DNA from: an uncultured candidate division Zixibacteria bacterium
Lineage (GTDB): Bacteria > Zixibacteria > MSB-5A5 > GN15 > FEB-12
Direction: 5' to 3'
Assembly: GCA_963735035.1 (NCBI GenBank)
Contig: CAVTJJ010000004.1
Location: forward strand, 1,408,001-1,472,000
DNA: 64,000 nucleotides
Part shown: one piece after another, positions 9,957 to 20,211 of the stretch
Position numbering within the stretch: position 1 is the stretch's first letter
Layout of the letters: each line of letters opens with the position of its first letter
Notes under the pieces: generated by a model
Database searches by the model: none
Seen by the model: only the letters and a program-made list of their open reading frames with translations
What the model was told of the DNA's origin: nothing
Position numbers and translations under genes: made by a program

Positions 9957-10085
9957 TTATCTCTTCTTGTGCAGATGGCACAACTTCGCCGGCGGCGCTA
10001 CCATCCGCTTGCACTTCTTGCCTTCCTTGGTCTTCCCGGTGCAGCGGATCATCTTCTTTGCTACTTTCTTCTTAGTCTTACGCAT
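9957..10085 (-). CDS. Small Lys-rich CCCH zinc-finger protein (DUF5763-like)
   Basis: GGAGG RBS then MRKTKKKVAKKMIRCTGKTKEGKKCKRMVAPPAKLCHLHKKR; own terminator. Confidence 0.7.
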   Translation of the reverse strand: MRKTKKKVAKKMIRCTGKTKEGKKCKRMVAPPAKLCHLHKKR

Positions 10086-10283
10086 TGCTGGACCTCCATG
10101 ATCCAAAAGGTTAACGACATCCATACCTAACATCCCCCATCTATTGAGCGTCAACTAAAAAAGACAGGTTACTACATAAATTAATTTGGATGAACTCCCT
10201 GATCATTCCCGGGCGGACACAGGCAGGCAGGATGCATCCATCTTCTAATGTGGTAGGCATGAGACGAACAGTGACGTCAGTGT

Positions 10284-11090
10284 CTATCGATGGCGCCGGA
10301 TGCTGCCCGAACCGGCTATATTACGGTCGTCGTCTTCAGGATTTCCATAGACATCAATGTCGCCGCTTCCAAAGATTCGACCCTCGAACGAATCCTGTGC
10401 GAAGACGCTTATATCACCGGAGCCTCGAACTTCAGCCGAGGCAATGGCGGCTTCAAGGCCGGCGGCATCAATATCGCCGGAACCGGCAATCATGCAGTCA
10501 ATTTCAGTGGTTTTGCCGCGCAGGTCGACGTTGCCGGAGCCGGACATCTCAATCCGGACGGTCTCGGCCGCCAGATCGCCTGAAGCCACGCTACCTGAAC
10601 CGGCTATCGATATCCGTAGGTTCTTGATCTGTCCATCAAGCTCCACGTCACCAGATCCGCCGAGTTCAATTTCAAGAGACTCGGAATTCAAACCGGCCAG
10701 ATAGACATCCCCCGAGCCGCCCACTTCCAGCATGCTCAGTCCGGGAACGGTGATTTCCACCCGCACACCTCGATGGCTGCTGAAAGATTCCTCCGACGTG
10801 ATGACCAGCGTCCGTCTTCCCGATACTTCCGTGACGATGTTGTCCTGCAGGTTGTCATCGGTGGTAACGCTCACTTGAAAGGTGTCGCCGATAGTAACAT
10901 TCAGGTCGGCCGAGCAATCCAGGTGGATACGTTCAAAGTCGGATACATCTCGTTTCTGGGTGGTGATGTTCCCGGAGCCGCGAATATGATCGTGGCCGAA
11001 GATGGACCAGCCGTCGGCTGAAGCAGATCCGGTCAGGGCGAAAAGAATTGCCAGGGCCGTCAACCCGGATACAGTGTGATTCGATTTCAT
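10284..11090 (-). CDS. Head GIN / DUF2807 domain exported protein
   Basis: Signal peptide; IRGSGNITTQKR, DDNLQ, repeated GSGD(V/I) units. Confidence 0.85.
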   Translation of the reverse strand: MKSNHTVSGLTALAILFALTGSASADGWSIFGHDHIRGSGNITTQKRDVSDFERIHLDCSADLNVTIGDTFQVSVTTDDNLQDNIVTEVSGRRTLVITSEESFSSHRGVRVEITVPGLSMLEVGGSGDVYLAGLNSESLEIELGGSGDVELDGQIKNLRISIAGSGSVASGDLAAETVRIEMSGSGNVDLRGKTTEIDCMIAGSGDIDAAGLEAAIASAEVRGSGDISVFAQDSFEGRIFGSGDIDVYGNPEDDDRNIAGSGSIRRHR

Positions 11091-11481
11091 AATTAATCTC
11101 TCCTCGCGAAATTCTCAATTCACTCTAATCCTTAGACTGCCTCTATCGATACAATGTTGCGGCTGAGCCGCGAATTTTCCGGGCGGCTAAGCAAAAGCTG
11201 TCCAGAGTCTTAGGCAGTGCGGCAGCGGTGGGGGGGAGACGCCGGAGACACTCGGTATCGACAACCGGTCCTCTTACGGTGCGGCTTGCGAGTTGTCCCC
11301 GACGTGTATCTGGTTGAATTGTGGTACGTTGCGGGAACTGACGGTTAGAGGAGGAGAGTGCGATGAAATCAATTGACAAGGGCAAAACGAAGGACCTATA
11401 TTCTTTGGTTATTTTTGGAAGTGATACGTCTATAAGGTGAACTGCAAGCTTAACTGGTGTGAGAACTTAGGAGTCCGAGCG

Positions 11482-12966
11482 ATGAGAGGAATTTTAGTAA
11501 AAAGCTTTCTGGTGGGTTTCCTGCTTGTTTCTTCGGTGACTGCTCAAAATAGTGCTTTTCCGGTCCCTGACCAGCAGGGTATAGTGGAACGTGCAACGAG
11601 TCTGTTGTATTACTATCCGATCATCCGCGATTTCAGCGGTGCCGGTGCCCGGGCTAAAGGGATGGGTGGGGCTTTTCTGGGCGTTTCGGATGATAATTCT
11701 GCCGTTACGTGGAATCCGGCCGGTTTGTACCGTGCGGACGACCAATATTCTCAGCCGGTCGTAGGTCTGGGTTACAGGTCGATTTCGTCGGATGCCACTT
11801 TCCGCGATCGCATGTACCCGAATCTGCCGGTATTTCAGGCGGTCAACCAGAATGCCTTCAAGAGTGTCGATCTTATGACCCTGGTTGTGCCGGTTCGTAT
11901 CAAGGGGCACAGCTTTGTAGGGTCGATGGCTTATTCCCGGCTTGGCGACGAGTATCTGAATTCGGCTATGGGGATGAACATCATGATGCCCTTTGACAAA
12001 GTTGATACTGTTACCAACTTCTTGCGGCCGTTCTCGTATCGCTACTATACGCAGTATCAATCATGGGTGAGCGCTTACAATTTTGGTTTTGGCACCCGTA
12101 TCTATCGCAATGTATCTTTTGGTTTGGCGGTGAACGCCTACGGCGGCGGGGCCGCCGGGAGCGTGGATGAAGTTGTCGGTTGGGACAGTCTGAGTGTTTC
12201 AAATGGACAGCGCGCCAATGTTAGAGTGACGAACACGGTCGTTGATACCACCGGCTACTCCGGTATCTACCTGACCCTTGGCTTTAAGATCACTGCCGAA
12301 CGATTCAGCGGCGGCCTTGTTATCAAGACCCCGCATGTGCTGAAGGAATCAACTGACTTCTTAACCAGTACCCAGGCTAGTGCCAACGGATTTCAAATGT
12401 CCGGAAGCTTGACCAGCCGCCACAATGACGACGTCCTGATCGAAATTGACCAACCGATGGTGTTGGGGCTTGGCGCCGCCTACAAACTTCTGGAAAACTT
12501 GACAGTGGCCTGTGATTTGGAATATCGTCCTTATTCCGGTGGAATGATCAACCGGCGCGACTCTTTGCAGCTCGTTCCGGGAGGTACCAATGTTGAGTAC
12601 TTTACCGAAATAGACCCGCACTGGAATAATGTGGTCGCGCTTCGGGCGGGCACCGAATATGTGTGGAATACCGGCAAGATCCTTTTCCCGACCATACCGT
12701 TGCGGGCCGGTCTAAGTTATACCGGTCTGCCGGAGCCGGATGTGGCAGTCAAGACGATAACCGTGGACGGGGTAAGAACGGACGTCCCCGAATATAAAAA
12801 GACATCAATGATGCGGTGGGCGTTGGGAACGGGCATACATTGGACGCAGATTCACCTGGATTTTTCCTACGAGATGTTCTCATTTGATCATAAGAACGCC
12901 TTCCTCGATCAGAAGTCCTCGGTCGACAACAAAGCGTTTGACATGACTTTCACCGGGTTCTTCTAG
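11482..12966 (+). CDS. Outer-membrane beta-barrel, FadL/PorV-like
   Basis: AGGAG RBS; signal peptide; GAGARAKGMGGAF...DDNSAVTWNPAGL; terminal Phe. Confidence 0.75.
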   Translation: MRGILVKSFLVGFLLVSSVTAQNSAFPVPDQQGIVERATSLLYYYPIIRDFSGAGARAKGMGGAFLGVSDDNSAVTWNPAGLYRADDQYSQPVVGLGYRSISSDATFRDRMYPNLPVFQAVNQNAFKSVDLMTLVVPVRIKGHSFVGSMAYSRLGDEYLNSAMGMNIMMPFDKVDTVTNFLRPFSYRYYTQYQSWVSAYNFGFGTRIYRNVSFGLAVNAYGGGAAGSVDEVVGWDSLSVSNGQRANVRVTNTVVDTTGYSGIYLTLGFKITAERFSGGLVIKTPHVLKESTDFLTSTQASANGFQMSGSLTSRHNDDVLIEIDQPMVLGLGAAYKLLENLTVACDLEYRPYSGGMINRRDSLQLVPGGTNVEYFTEIDPHWNNVVALRAGTEYVWNTGKILFPTIPLRAGLSYTGLPEPDVAVKTITVDGVRTDVPEYKKTSMMRWALGTGIHWTQIHLDFSYEMFSFDHKNAFLDQKSSVDNKAFDMTFTGFF

Positions 12967-13099
12967 CAGCTTACCGGAGCTTGAAGGTCGCTTTCGGCCT
13001 GATCACCCCGGGTGTATCGGCCCTGTAAAGTGACCTTCAAGCTCTGCCCTCCACGTACCGATAAGGCCCTATAGAGCGACCGTTTTATTGGAGTAAAGA

Positions 13100-13789
13100 A
13101 TGCAGAGCAAAGCGAAAATAACGAAAAGGCAGATGAAGGAAGACAAGTTTACGACCTTCATGCTGGCCTCCAAAGATAAACTCCAGAGCGAATTCGAAGA
13201 TAAGTGGCAATACTATATCATCGGCGCGGTCGTAGTAATCGTCCTTATCTGGGCGGGGATCTGGTTTATCGGTCGTCAGTCGGGTCAGGAGTCAGGCGCG
13301 TCCGAGGCGTTCTCCAAAGCCATGGTATCTTATCAGGGCGGCGATAACCAGGTGGCCATTCTCGAGTTCGGGCAAATCATCGAAAACTACGGCGGTTCGG
13401 ATTACGCCGCGCAGGCAGCTTTCATACTTGGTAACTTGAACTTGGACAACCGGAGTTTCGACGAGGCGACGCGGTACTTCAATAAGTATCTGACAGATTA
13501 CACCGGGACACCACTCGATCGGGCGGCCGCACAGGCCGGTATTGCCACGGTCGCCGAGGACCAGGGTAAGTATGCGGATGCCGCAGCGGGATTTGTCAAG
13601 GCCGCCGAGGCGTATACCGATGGCCCGTTGCGACCGGATTACGAATTGGGCGCCATACGCAATTTTATCGCCGATGGCAAGATAGATCAGGCTGAGGCGC
13701 GATTGGCGATACTCAAAGAGAAGTACGCCAATACTGACTGGACGACACGCGCTATCCGATTGATTACCGAGAAGAAACAGAGCGGCTGA
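13100..13789 (+). CDS. Membrane-anchored TPR protein (YfgM-like)
   Basis: KRQMKEDKF N-terminus, single TM helix, TPR-like helical repeats. Confidence 0.75.
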   Translation: MQSKAKITKRQMKEDKFTTFMLASKDKLQSEFEDKWQYYIIGAVVVIVLIWAGIWFIGRQSGQESGASEAFSKAMVSYQGGDNQVAILEFGQIIENYGGSDYAAQAAFILGNLNLDNRSFDEATRYFNKYLTDYTGTPLDRAAAQAGIATVAEDQGKYADAAAGFVKAAEAYTDGPLRPDYELGAIRNFIADGKIDQAEARLAILKEKYANTDWTTRAIRLITEKKQSG

Positions 13790-13814
13790 AATCAGAACCT
13801 ATGAAGGGGGTTCG

Positions 13815-15941
13815 GTGGCCAGACCAGAGACGATAAAAGTTGCGCTCCTCTGGCACATGCACCAGCCTAACTACCAGGAACCTGGTACCAACAGGCTGGC
13901 CATGCCGTGGGTCCGTCTGCACGGACTCAAGGACTATCTGGACATGCCGCTCGCCGCAACTGCGCGCGACAACATAAGAGTCACCTTCAACCTGGTTCCG
14001 ACTCTTCTGGACCAATTGCAGCTCTATGTCGGCGGAGCTGTCGACCGACACCTCGAACTTTCCCGGTTGCGCCCCGAAGAAATCTCGGCCGAGATCAAAC
14101 TCGAAATTCTCAGTTCCTTCTTTATTGCCAATCCGACCCGGATGATCATGCCGTATCCGCGGTACCATGACCTGTATCAAAAGTACCTTTCGGCGGCGAG
14201 CGATCCCAATACTCTGGTAAGTCTCTTTTCATCGGAAGAGATAAGGGACATTCAGGTCTGGTCCAATCTGGTGTGGGTGGACCCGCTGTTTCGGCCCGAA
14301 GAACCGATTCGTCGTCTATACGCTCATGCCCGACAGTACACCGAAGAAGACAAACAGGAACTGCTCGAGTGGCAACTTAGTCTGATTGCCCGAATCGTTC
14401 CGACCTATCAGAAGCTGGCGGCCGAAGATCGACTCGAAATATCCTTCACGCCCTATTTTCATCCGATCTTGCCATTATTGGCCGACACCGATGTCGCTCG
14501 CGAGGCTTTGCCGAGTATCGATTTGCCACGCCAACGTTTCGCTCATCCTGAAGATGCCGAGCGGCAGGTGGCGATGTCGGTCGAGGCTTACCGGCGTTTA
14601 TTTGGCCGCGAAATGAACGGCATGTGGCCGTCAGAAGGTTCGGTATCGGAAGACGTCCTGGCGATTGCCGCCCGTCACGGAATCAAATGGCTCGCCTCCG
14701 ACGAAGATGTCCTTACGCATTCACTAACCAAGAGCGGTCTCTGGCAGAAGGAAAACCCCATTCACGCCGTTTACGAATCTCCCGCCGGGGTGAAAATGCT
14801 TTTCCGTGATCATGCTCTGTCGGATCGCATCGGTTTCGTCTATTCGACCTGGGAGGCGCCACGAGCGGCATCTGATTTTATCGAGCACATCAAACGCCTT
14901 CGGACTCTTTACAAAGGCCAGTTGGATCACACCGTGATTCCGATTATTCTCGACGGTGAAAATGCCTGGGAGTATTTCAAAGACGACGGCACTGAGTTTC
15001 TCCGGCTGCTCTACGAGCAGTTGGAAGAAGACGACGAAATCGAGACCGTCACTTTCACCGAAGCCGTCACCGGACTGCCGGCGCGTAAGCTGCCGCGTCT
15101 GTTCGCGGGTTCCTGGATCAATCACAACTTCCGCATCTGGATCGGACACTCTGAGGACAATGCTGCCTGGGATCTTCTGAGCAAGACCCGGGAAGACTTA
15201 CTCGCTTTCGAGCAGGAGAATCCGGGTTACGACCGCGAGAAACTCGCCCAGGCCTGGAGACAGATTTACATCGCCGAAGGTTCCGACTGGTGCTGGTGGT
15301 ACGGAGACGATCATCGTAGCGGCCAGGACGATCAGTTCGACCGCCTCTACCGCAAACATCTGGCGGCAGTGTATGAAATTACCGGGCGCGATGCCCCCCT
15401 GGCGCTGATGCGTCCCATTTCGCTGCCGGGCGGAACGCCCCGGGCGACCATGCCGGACGGTCTGGTGACGCCCACTATGGATGGATACCTGACGCACTTT
15501 TACGAATGGTCCGGGGCCGGGCATTTCGACTGCCGCCAGCCGGCGGGAGCCATGCACCGGGTGGATCGCATAGTTACTGATATCATGTTTGGATATGATC
15601 GCGAACAGTTCTACATTCGACTTGACTTGCGTTCGCGAAACGCCTTAGAATCACTCGCCGGTCGCTCCGTAGTGCTGGCGCTGTTTGTGCCGGAGAAGAA
15701 GACTTTTCAACTTCAGACGGCATCCCGGTGGGAAGATCCGGACGGCAACTATATCAGCGCCATCGGCGATCGAGTGGAGTTCAGTGTCCGTCGGGCCTAC
15801 TTGTGGCCGGACGGATTTGGCGAACTTAGCCTTACGGTGACCCTGATGCAGGGCACTCAGGTTCTCGAGACCTGGCCTGAACACGAACCGATAACGCTTA
15901 AGATTCCGCGACGGACCGAAGAAGTGTTTTGGCCGACCTGA
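13815..15941 (+). CDS. Glycoside hydrolase family 57 (amylopullulanase-like)
   Basis: WHMHQP, PYFHPILPL, GMWPSEG, LDGENAWE, GSWI, AEGSDWCWW. Confidence 0.92.
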   Translation: MARPETIKVALLWHMHQPNYQEPGTNRLAMPWVRLHGLKDYLDMPLAATARDNIRVTFNLVPTLLDQLQLYVGGAVDRHLELSRLRPEEISAEIKLEILSSFFIANPTRMIMPYPRYHDLYQKYLSAASDPNTLVSLFSSEEIRDIQVWSNLVWVDPLFRPEEPIRRLYAHARQYTEEDKQELLEWQLSLIARIVPTYQKLAAEDRLEISFTPYFHPILPLLADTDVAREALPSIDLPRQRFAHPEDAERQVAMSVEAYRRLFGREMNGMWPSEGSVSEDVLAIAARHGIKWLASDEDVLTHSLTKSGLWQKENPIHAVYESPAGVKMLFRDHALSDRIGFVYSTWEAPRAASDFIEHIKRLRTLYKGQLDHTVIPIILDGENAWEYFKDDGTEFLRLLYEQLEEDDEIETVTFTEAVTGLPARKLPRLFAGSWINHNFRIWIGHSEDNAAWDLLSKTREDLLAFEQENPGYDREKLAQAWRQIYIAEGSDWCWWYGDDHRSGQDDQFDRLYRKHLAAVYEITGRDAPLALMRPISLPGGTPRATMPDGLVTPTMDGYLTHFYEWSGAGHFDCRQPAGAMHRVDRIVTDIMFGYDREQFYIRLDLRSRNALESLAGRSVVLALFVPEKKTFQLQTASRWEDPDGNYISAIGDRVEFSVRRAYLWPDGFGELSLTVTLMQGTQVLETWPEHEPITLKIPRRTEEVFWPT

Positions 15942-15969
15942 TCCCTGCGGCCCATAGGATGGAGCCAAC

Positions 15970-16362
15970 ATGCCCAGTTCATTCTTTAACGAAACCCCCG
16001 ACGACAAGCCGGTCGAGGAGACTCCGGTTCCCGAGGTGACCCCGGTCGAATCGCACGGGTTCAAGACCGACGAAGGCCGTCTGGCGGCGGTAATGTCATA
16101 TATCCCGTTTCTGTGTTTCGTGCCGCTGCTGAATATGAGACACAATCCGGAGGCGGTATTCCATGCCCGCCAGGGACTGATGTTGTTCCTGGTCGAGTTG
16201 GTGGCGTTTCTCTTTCTATTCGACCGCATTTCAAATTTCGTTTTTACCGCGATCTTGATCGTGGCCGTGGCGTTGTCGATGGTCGGTATTTTCTTTGCCC
16301 TTCAGGGGCGCAACTACCGATTGCCGATAGTCGGCGATCTGGCCGACAAATCCAAGCTTTGA
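15970..16362 (+). CDS. DUF4870-like small membrane protein
   Basis: AVMSYI, FHARQGL, YRLPIVG; three hydrophobic segments. Confidence 0.75.
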   Translation: MPSSFFNETPDDKPVEETPVPEVTPVESHGFKTDEGRLAAVMSYIPFLCFVPLLNMRHNPEAVFHARQGLMLFLVELVAFLFLFDRISNFVFTAILIVAVALSMVGIFFALQGRNYRLPIVGDLADKSKL

Positions 16363-16375
16363 GAGGGTGGATGCT

Positions 16376-17185
16376 ATGAAGCGTTGGTTGGTCTGCGCGA
16401 TTCTGCTGGGCCTTTCGATCGGGTGCGTGACCACCGGTCCGGGCGGGAAAACCTCACTGGTAATAATTTCCACCGATCAGGAAGTCGCGCTTGGCCAGGC
16501 GATGGCTCATGAAGTCGATTCCACCGAAAAAGCGTTGCCCGACCCGCAATGGCAGGCTTACCTGAACGAAGTTGGGCAGAAGCTGGTGAGTGTTTGCGAC
16601 CGCAAGGATATCCAGTATCGTTTCACGGTGATTCAATCCGACCAGATTAATGCCTTTGCGGCGCCGGGCGGGTACGTCTATTTCTATACGGGCGTGCTCA
16701 GCATGATGGACAATGAGGCGGAGATGGCCGCCGTGATGGCCCATGAAATCTCCCATGTAGTGGCCCGCCACGGAGCCAAACGGCTCCAGGCCACGATGGG
16801 GGCGGCGATGGCCTACGAACTCGTCATGGGCGACAGCAAGTCAAAAACCTTTCAAGCGGCGGTTGGTGTCGGGATGAACCTGCTATTCGCAGGATATTCC
16901 CGCGAGAACGAACGCGAGGCGGATGAATACGCCGTGACCTACATGGTGCGCGCCGGGTACGATCCCGCGGCCATGGAAACGATGTTCGACAAACTCGCGT
17001 CCAGTGGTACCACAAGCAATGCTTTCGAGAAATTGGTGAGCTCGCATCCCGAAACTCAGGAGCGAATCGCCAATACCAAAGAAACGATCAGGCGTCATTC
17101 ACCCATGCCGGCCAATCTACAGCTCGGCACTCAGAAGTACGAGCAGATGAAGAAACGCCTGCCGGTCATCAAGCCGAAATCATGA
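16376..17185 (+). CDS. M48-family zinc metallopeptidase lipoprotein
   Basis: Lipobox SIGC; INAFAAPGG, HEISH, YSRENEREAD, SSHP...ERI. Confidence 0.92.
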   Translation: MKRWLVCAILLGLSIGCVTTGPGGKTSLVIISTDQEVALGQAMAHEVDSTEKALPDPQWQAYLNEVGQKLVSVCDRKDIQYRFTVIQSDQINAFAAPGGYVYFYTGVLSMMDNEAEMAAVMAHEISHVVARHGAKRLQATMGAAMAYELVMGDSKSKTFQAAVGVGMNLLFAGYSRENEREADEYAVTYMVRAGYDPAAMETMFDKLASSGTTSNAFEKLVSSHPETQERIANTKETIRRHSPMPANLQLGTQKYEQMKKRLPVIKPKS

Positions 17186-17733
17186 GGGCATGACGCGCCT
17201 CGTACACTGATCCACCCGGTTGATTCACGGATCAATTCCAGGTTCTATCATAGCACGGCCACGAATTGTTTAGGTGGTTGCGATCTAGCCACGGGGGAGA
17301 GGCACCCCATAAGGGGGTATTCCCCATAGTCCCGAGACTGGGAATTTCTTTCCTCGTCGGTCTATCTTTTTGTTTGACAGGCGTATAAGGCAATGTACTA
17401 TCCGGGCGAGAAGCGGTGAAACAGTCGTTCTGAAACGGTCAAGCGACTGTTCAAAATACCGACAATTAGGATGTAACTGAGCGTCCCAAGGACACTCGGG
17501 ATAGTCGTTATGGTGCAGCCGATTATATGCGCCGATTGGCCTTTGCCGGGGATCATGGTTAGTTTTGGATCAATGTTGGTTTGACAGAGCTCTTCGAAAG
17601 ATTCTGATACCCCTTTCAGGGTCTCTAAGTCGAATCCGTGCGCTCGACATATCTCCTTGGGAGAGAATGGATTACGCGACCAGCTTGATGCCCGTGCAAC
17701 ACTTTACTCTTCGCAAAATTAGAGGGGTGGCTC

Positions 17734-17749
17734 GGGCACTGATGTTGCC
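17734..17749 (+). promoter_or_regulatory. sigma54 -24/-12 promoter of PorV-like gene
   Basis: GGGCAC-TGATG-TTGCC with exact GG-N10-GC spacing, ~38 bp before ATG 17787. Confidence 0.55.
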
Positions 17750-17786
17750 ATTAGCAAGGCGAAACAGTCTTGCAAAGGTGATTGGG

Positions 17787-18737
17787 ATGGCAACATACAG
17801 TAGTATTACAAAGACAGTCTTAGTCGCGGTCGCAACCCTTCTGATCGTACTCGGAGGCGTCTCTGTTTACGCCGCTTCTGACGTCGGAAGGACCGCCGCT
17901 GATTTTCTGATGATTGGTCACGGTGCTCGCGCCGCTTCTATGGGCGGGGCGTACACGGCGATGAGTTCCGGAGTTACTTCGGCCTACTGGAACCCAGCCG
18001 GTCTAAGCTCCATGGAACAGGCCGGTGTCTCGTTAGGTCACTTCGCCTGGTTTCAGGACATCTCGGTTGAGCAGGTGAGCATGGGGTTGCCGATCAGCGA
18101 CCTGTTTGCCGGAGCCATATCGGCCACTTATGTAAATTATGGCACTATTGAAGGCTATGATGCCTCAGGTGAAGCGTCGGGCAATCTCGTCGCGTATGAC
18201 TGGGTAGGCGGTGTATCCCTTTCGATGGCGTTGTCGGAATCGATCGCTTTCGGCGTGACCGGCAAGTATGTCAGTCAAAGACTCGATGACATTAGCGCCT
18301 CAGCTTTCGCGGCTGATTTCGGAATTAGATACAGCGCGGAATCATTCGCGGCCGGTGCTACAGTGGTCAACCTCGGCAGCGAAATGAAATTCGACCAAGT
18401 ATCAGAGAAGCTTCCGGCGGCCGCCAAGTTCGGCCTGATGTTTCGCCCCATGAACGGAGCGGTAGCGACGTCGATAGAACTAGAGCAACGCTTCTATGGA
18501 GATCTCCTGGTTCGGCAGGGGATAGAGCTCGGTTTCGAAGATGCCTATTTCCTTAGGGCCGGGTATGATTACCTGCCGAGCCAGGACGGACGCTGGCTGG
18601 CCACCGGAATATCCGCCGGTGCCGGTCTGCGTTTTGGTCCCGCGGAAATAGACTATGCCTTTACTCCGAACGACAAATCGACGTCGGAGAACCTGCATAG
18701 GTTCACACTGACATTCCTTTTTGGATCCGGCAAGTAG
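17787..18737 (+). CDS. PorV/PorQ-family outer-membrane protein
   Basis: Signal peptide; ADFLMIGHGARAASMGGAY, YWNPAGL, IDYAF, HRFTL. Confidence 0.8.
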   Translation: MATYSSITKTVLVAVATLLIVLGGVSVYAASDVGRTAADFLMIGHGARAASMGGAYTAMSSGVTSAYWNPAGLSSMEQAGVSLGHFAWFQDISVEQVSMGLPISDLFAGAISATYVNYGTIEGYDASGEASGNLVAYDWVGGVSLSMALSESIAFGVTGKYVSQRLDDISASAFAADFGIRYSAESFAAGATVVNLGSEMKFDQVSEKLPAAAKFGLMFRPMNGAVATSIELEQRFYGDLLVRQGIELGFEDAYFLRAGYDYLPSQDGRWLATGISAGAGLRFGPAEIDYAFTPNDKSTSENLHRFTLTFLFGSGK

Positions 18738-19062
18738 CCCTGTTTCCGGCGCCTGGCTAGGCCGGCGCCGGATTCTTCCCCTTATAGTGTATATATAGAC
18801 CTCCCTGTACTTGGGGCTGCCCCCAACCTGCGTCGAGAACCCTATAGTCTGATACAATGCGACTTTTTGCGCAATGGATTGCAAGCTATTTACCCGATCT
18901 GCGCAAGAATTGGACAGATGAGGGTGGAATCGCTATTAGACGTGCTTAAAATGGGTCATAATTGTCGCCAATGACGCGTGTAAGGCTTTAGTATCTAATA
19001 CAATACAAAACCACACCATGCGACTCCTCAATACGTAGAGAAATGCTGCGGGAAAGCGTTTT

Positions 19063-19078
19063 TGGCAATCAGTTTGCT
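19063..19078 (+). promoter_or_regulatory. sigma54 -24/-12 promoter of sugar transferase
   Basis: TGGCAA-TCAGT-TTGCT, near-consensus, in a long AT-rich intergenic region. Confidence 0.7.
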
Positions 19079-19150
19079 GAGAGAGGCAGTAATACCGGAT
19101 TTTACTACGGATTAGTTAAGTATTCTTATAAGACAGGGCAGTTACTTTAA

Positions 19151-20071
19151 GTGAATCACCCCAACGAAAAGCTCGAGATTAGGAGTCACAGCTCCGTGGC
19201 CGTTCAAGCGGGCGTGCTTCGGTACGGTTCAGCCGATACCATCGCCGCTCCGCCGATAGCGTTGCCGTCGCCGCTGCCTACACGACGTTTCAACTTTTTA
19301 GTTGGCGAGCTTTCGGGCATCTTGTTTATTACTGTCTCGACACTATTTATCTTTGTGGTGCCTGCTTCGCTGGCGAAGAGAGGCGCTATAAGAGTTGCCA
19401 TGAACCGCCTCATAAAGAGAAGCCTTGACATTATCGGAGCCTCAGTAGGTCTGATTCTGTCTGCTCCTTTGATGTTGGCTGTGGCCATAGCCGTCAAGTT
19501 GGATTCTCGCGGACCGATTTTCTATACTCAGACCAGAGTCGGCGTCAACCGTCGTAAGTTGGACCGCCGCTACTGCCAATTCGTCAGCGTGTCTGACCGT
19601 CGTGGCCGGGATCGTCGCCGTGATGACTACCGTGGTCGCCCGTTCGAGATCATCAAGTTCCGCACGATGGTTCAGGATGCCGAAAAACTGACCGGTCCGG
19701 TGTGGGCGGTCAAGCAGGATCCGCGCATCACGCGGATTGGCCGGATACTTCGCAAGACCCGTTTGGATGAAGTTCCGCAGTTCTGGTCGGTGCTCAAGGG
19801 CGATATGTCGCTCGTCGGCCCGCGTCCGGAACGCCCGACTTTCGTTCGCAATCTCTGCCAGGAGGTAGAGGGTTACGAGCGTCGTCTGGAAGTCAAGCCC
19901 GGTTTGACCGGTCTGGCTCAGGTCGAGAACGGATACGATTCATCGGTGGCTTCGGTGGCCGAGAAGGTCAGATTCGACCTCACTTATATCCGTGGCTGGT
20001 CGATCTGGAGCGACGTTCGGATTCTCGCCCGGACCGTGGTAGTGGTGCTGACGGGTAAAGGCGCCTGCTAA
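19151..20071 (+). CDS. Bacterial sugar transferase (priming polyprenyl-phosphate hexose-1-P transferase)
   Basis: KRSLDI, KFRTM, DPRITRIG, RLDEVPQ, GDMSLVGPRPE, KPGLTGLAQV; start codon uncertain. Confidence 0.92.
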   Translation: MNHPNEKLEIRSHSSVAVQAGVLRYGSADTIAAPPIALPSPLPTRRFNFLVGELSGILFITVSTLFIFVVPASLAKRGAIRVAMNRLIKRSLDIIGASVGLILSAPLMLAVAIAVKLDSRGPIFYTQTRVGVNRRKLDRRYCQFVSVSDRRGRDRRRDDYRGRPFEIIKFRTMVQDAEKLTGPVWAVKQDPRITRIGRILRKTRLDEVPQFWSVLKGDMSLVGPRPERPTFVRNLCQEVEGYERRLEVKPGLTGLAQVENGYDSSVASVAEKVRFDLTYIRGWSIWSDVRILARTVVVVLTGKGAC

Positions 20072-20092
20072 GACTCGGACAGAAATGTATCA

Positions 20093-20120
20093 ATGACCGC
20101 TTTATGCGGTCATTTTTTTT
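20093..20120 (+). terminator. Intrinsic terminator
   Basis: ATGACCGC-TTTAT-GCGGTCAT followed by a long T-run. Confidence 0.85.
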
Positions 20121-20211
20121 GGGTAGAATTGACTTGTACTCGGTGGGCGATTGTCGTATGCTGTCGATAATCTGATAGACTGAAGCTCAAAGGCTGAAAA
20201 GAGTTACGTAG

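Noticed and set aside
4672..11090. Genomic island integrated at tRNA-Arg
   Set aside because: No integrase and no duplicated tRNA 3' end found by eye.
17190..17560. Riboswitch or ncRNA in the long intergenic region
   Set aside because: Hairpins (e.g. 17420-17451) and promoter-like boxes are present, but I could not match any known RNA family; an Rfam search is needed.
17565..17786. 74-aa N-terminal extension of the PorV-like ORF
   Set aside because: The signal peptide begins at ATG 17787 and a sigma54 box lies inside the extension.
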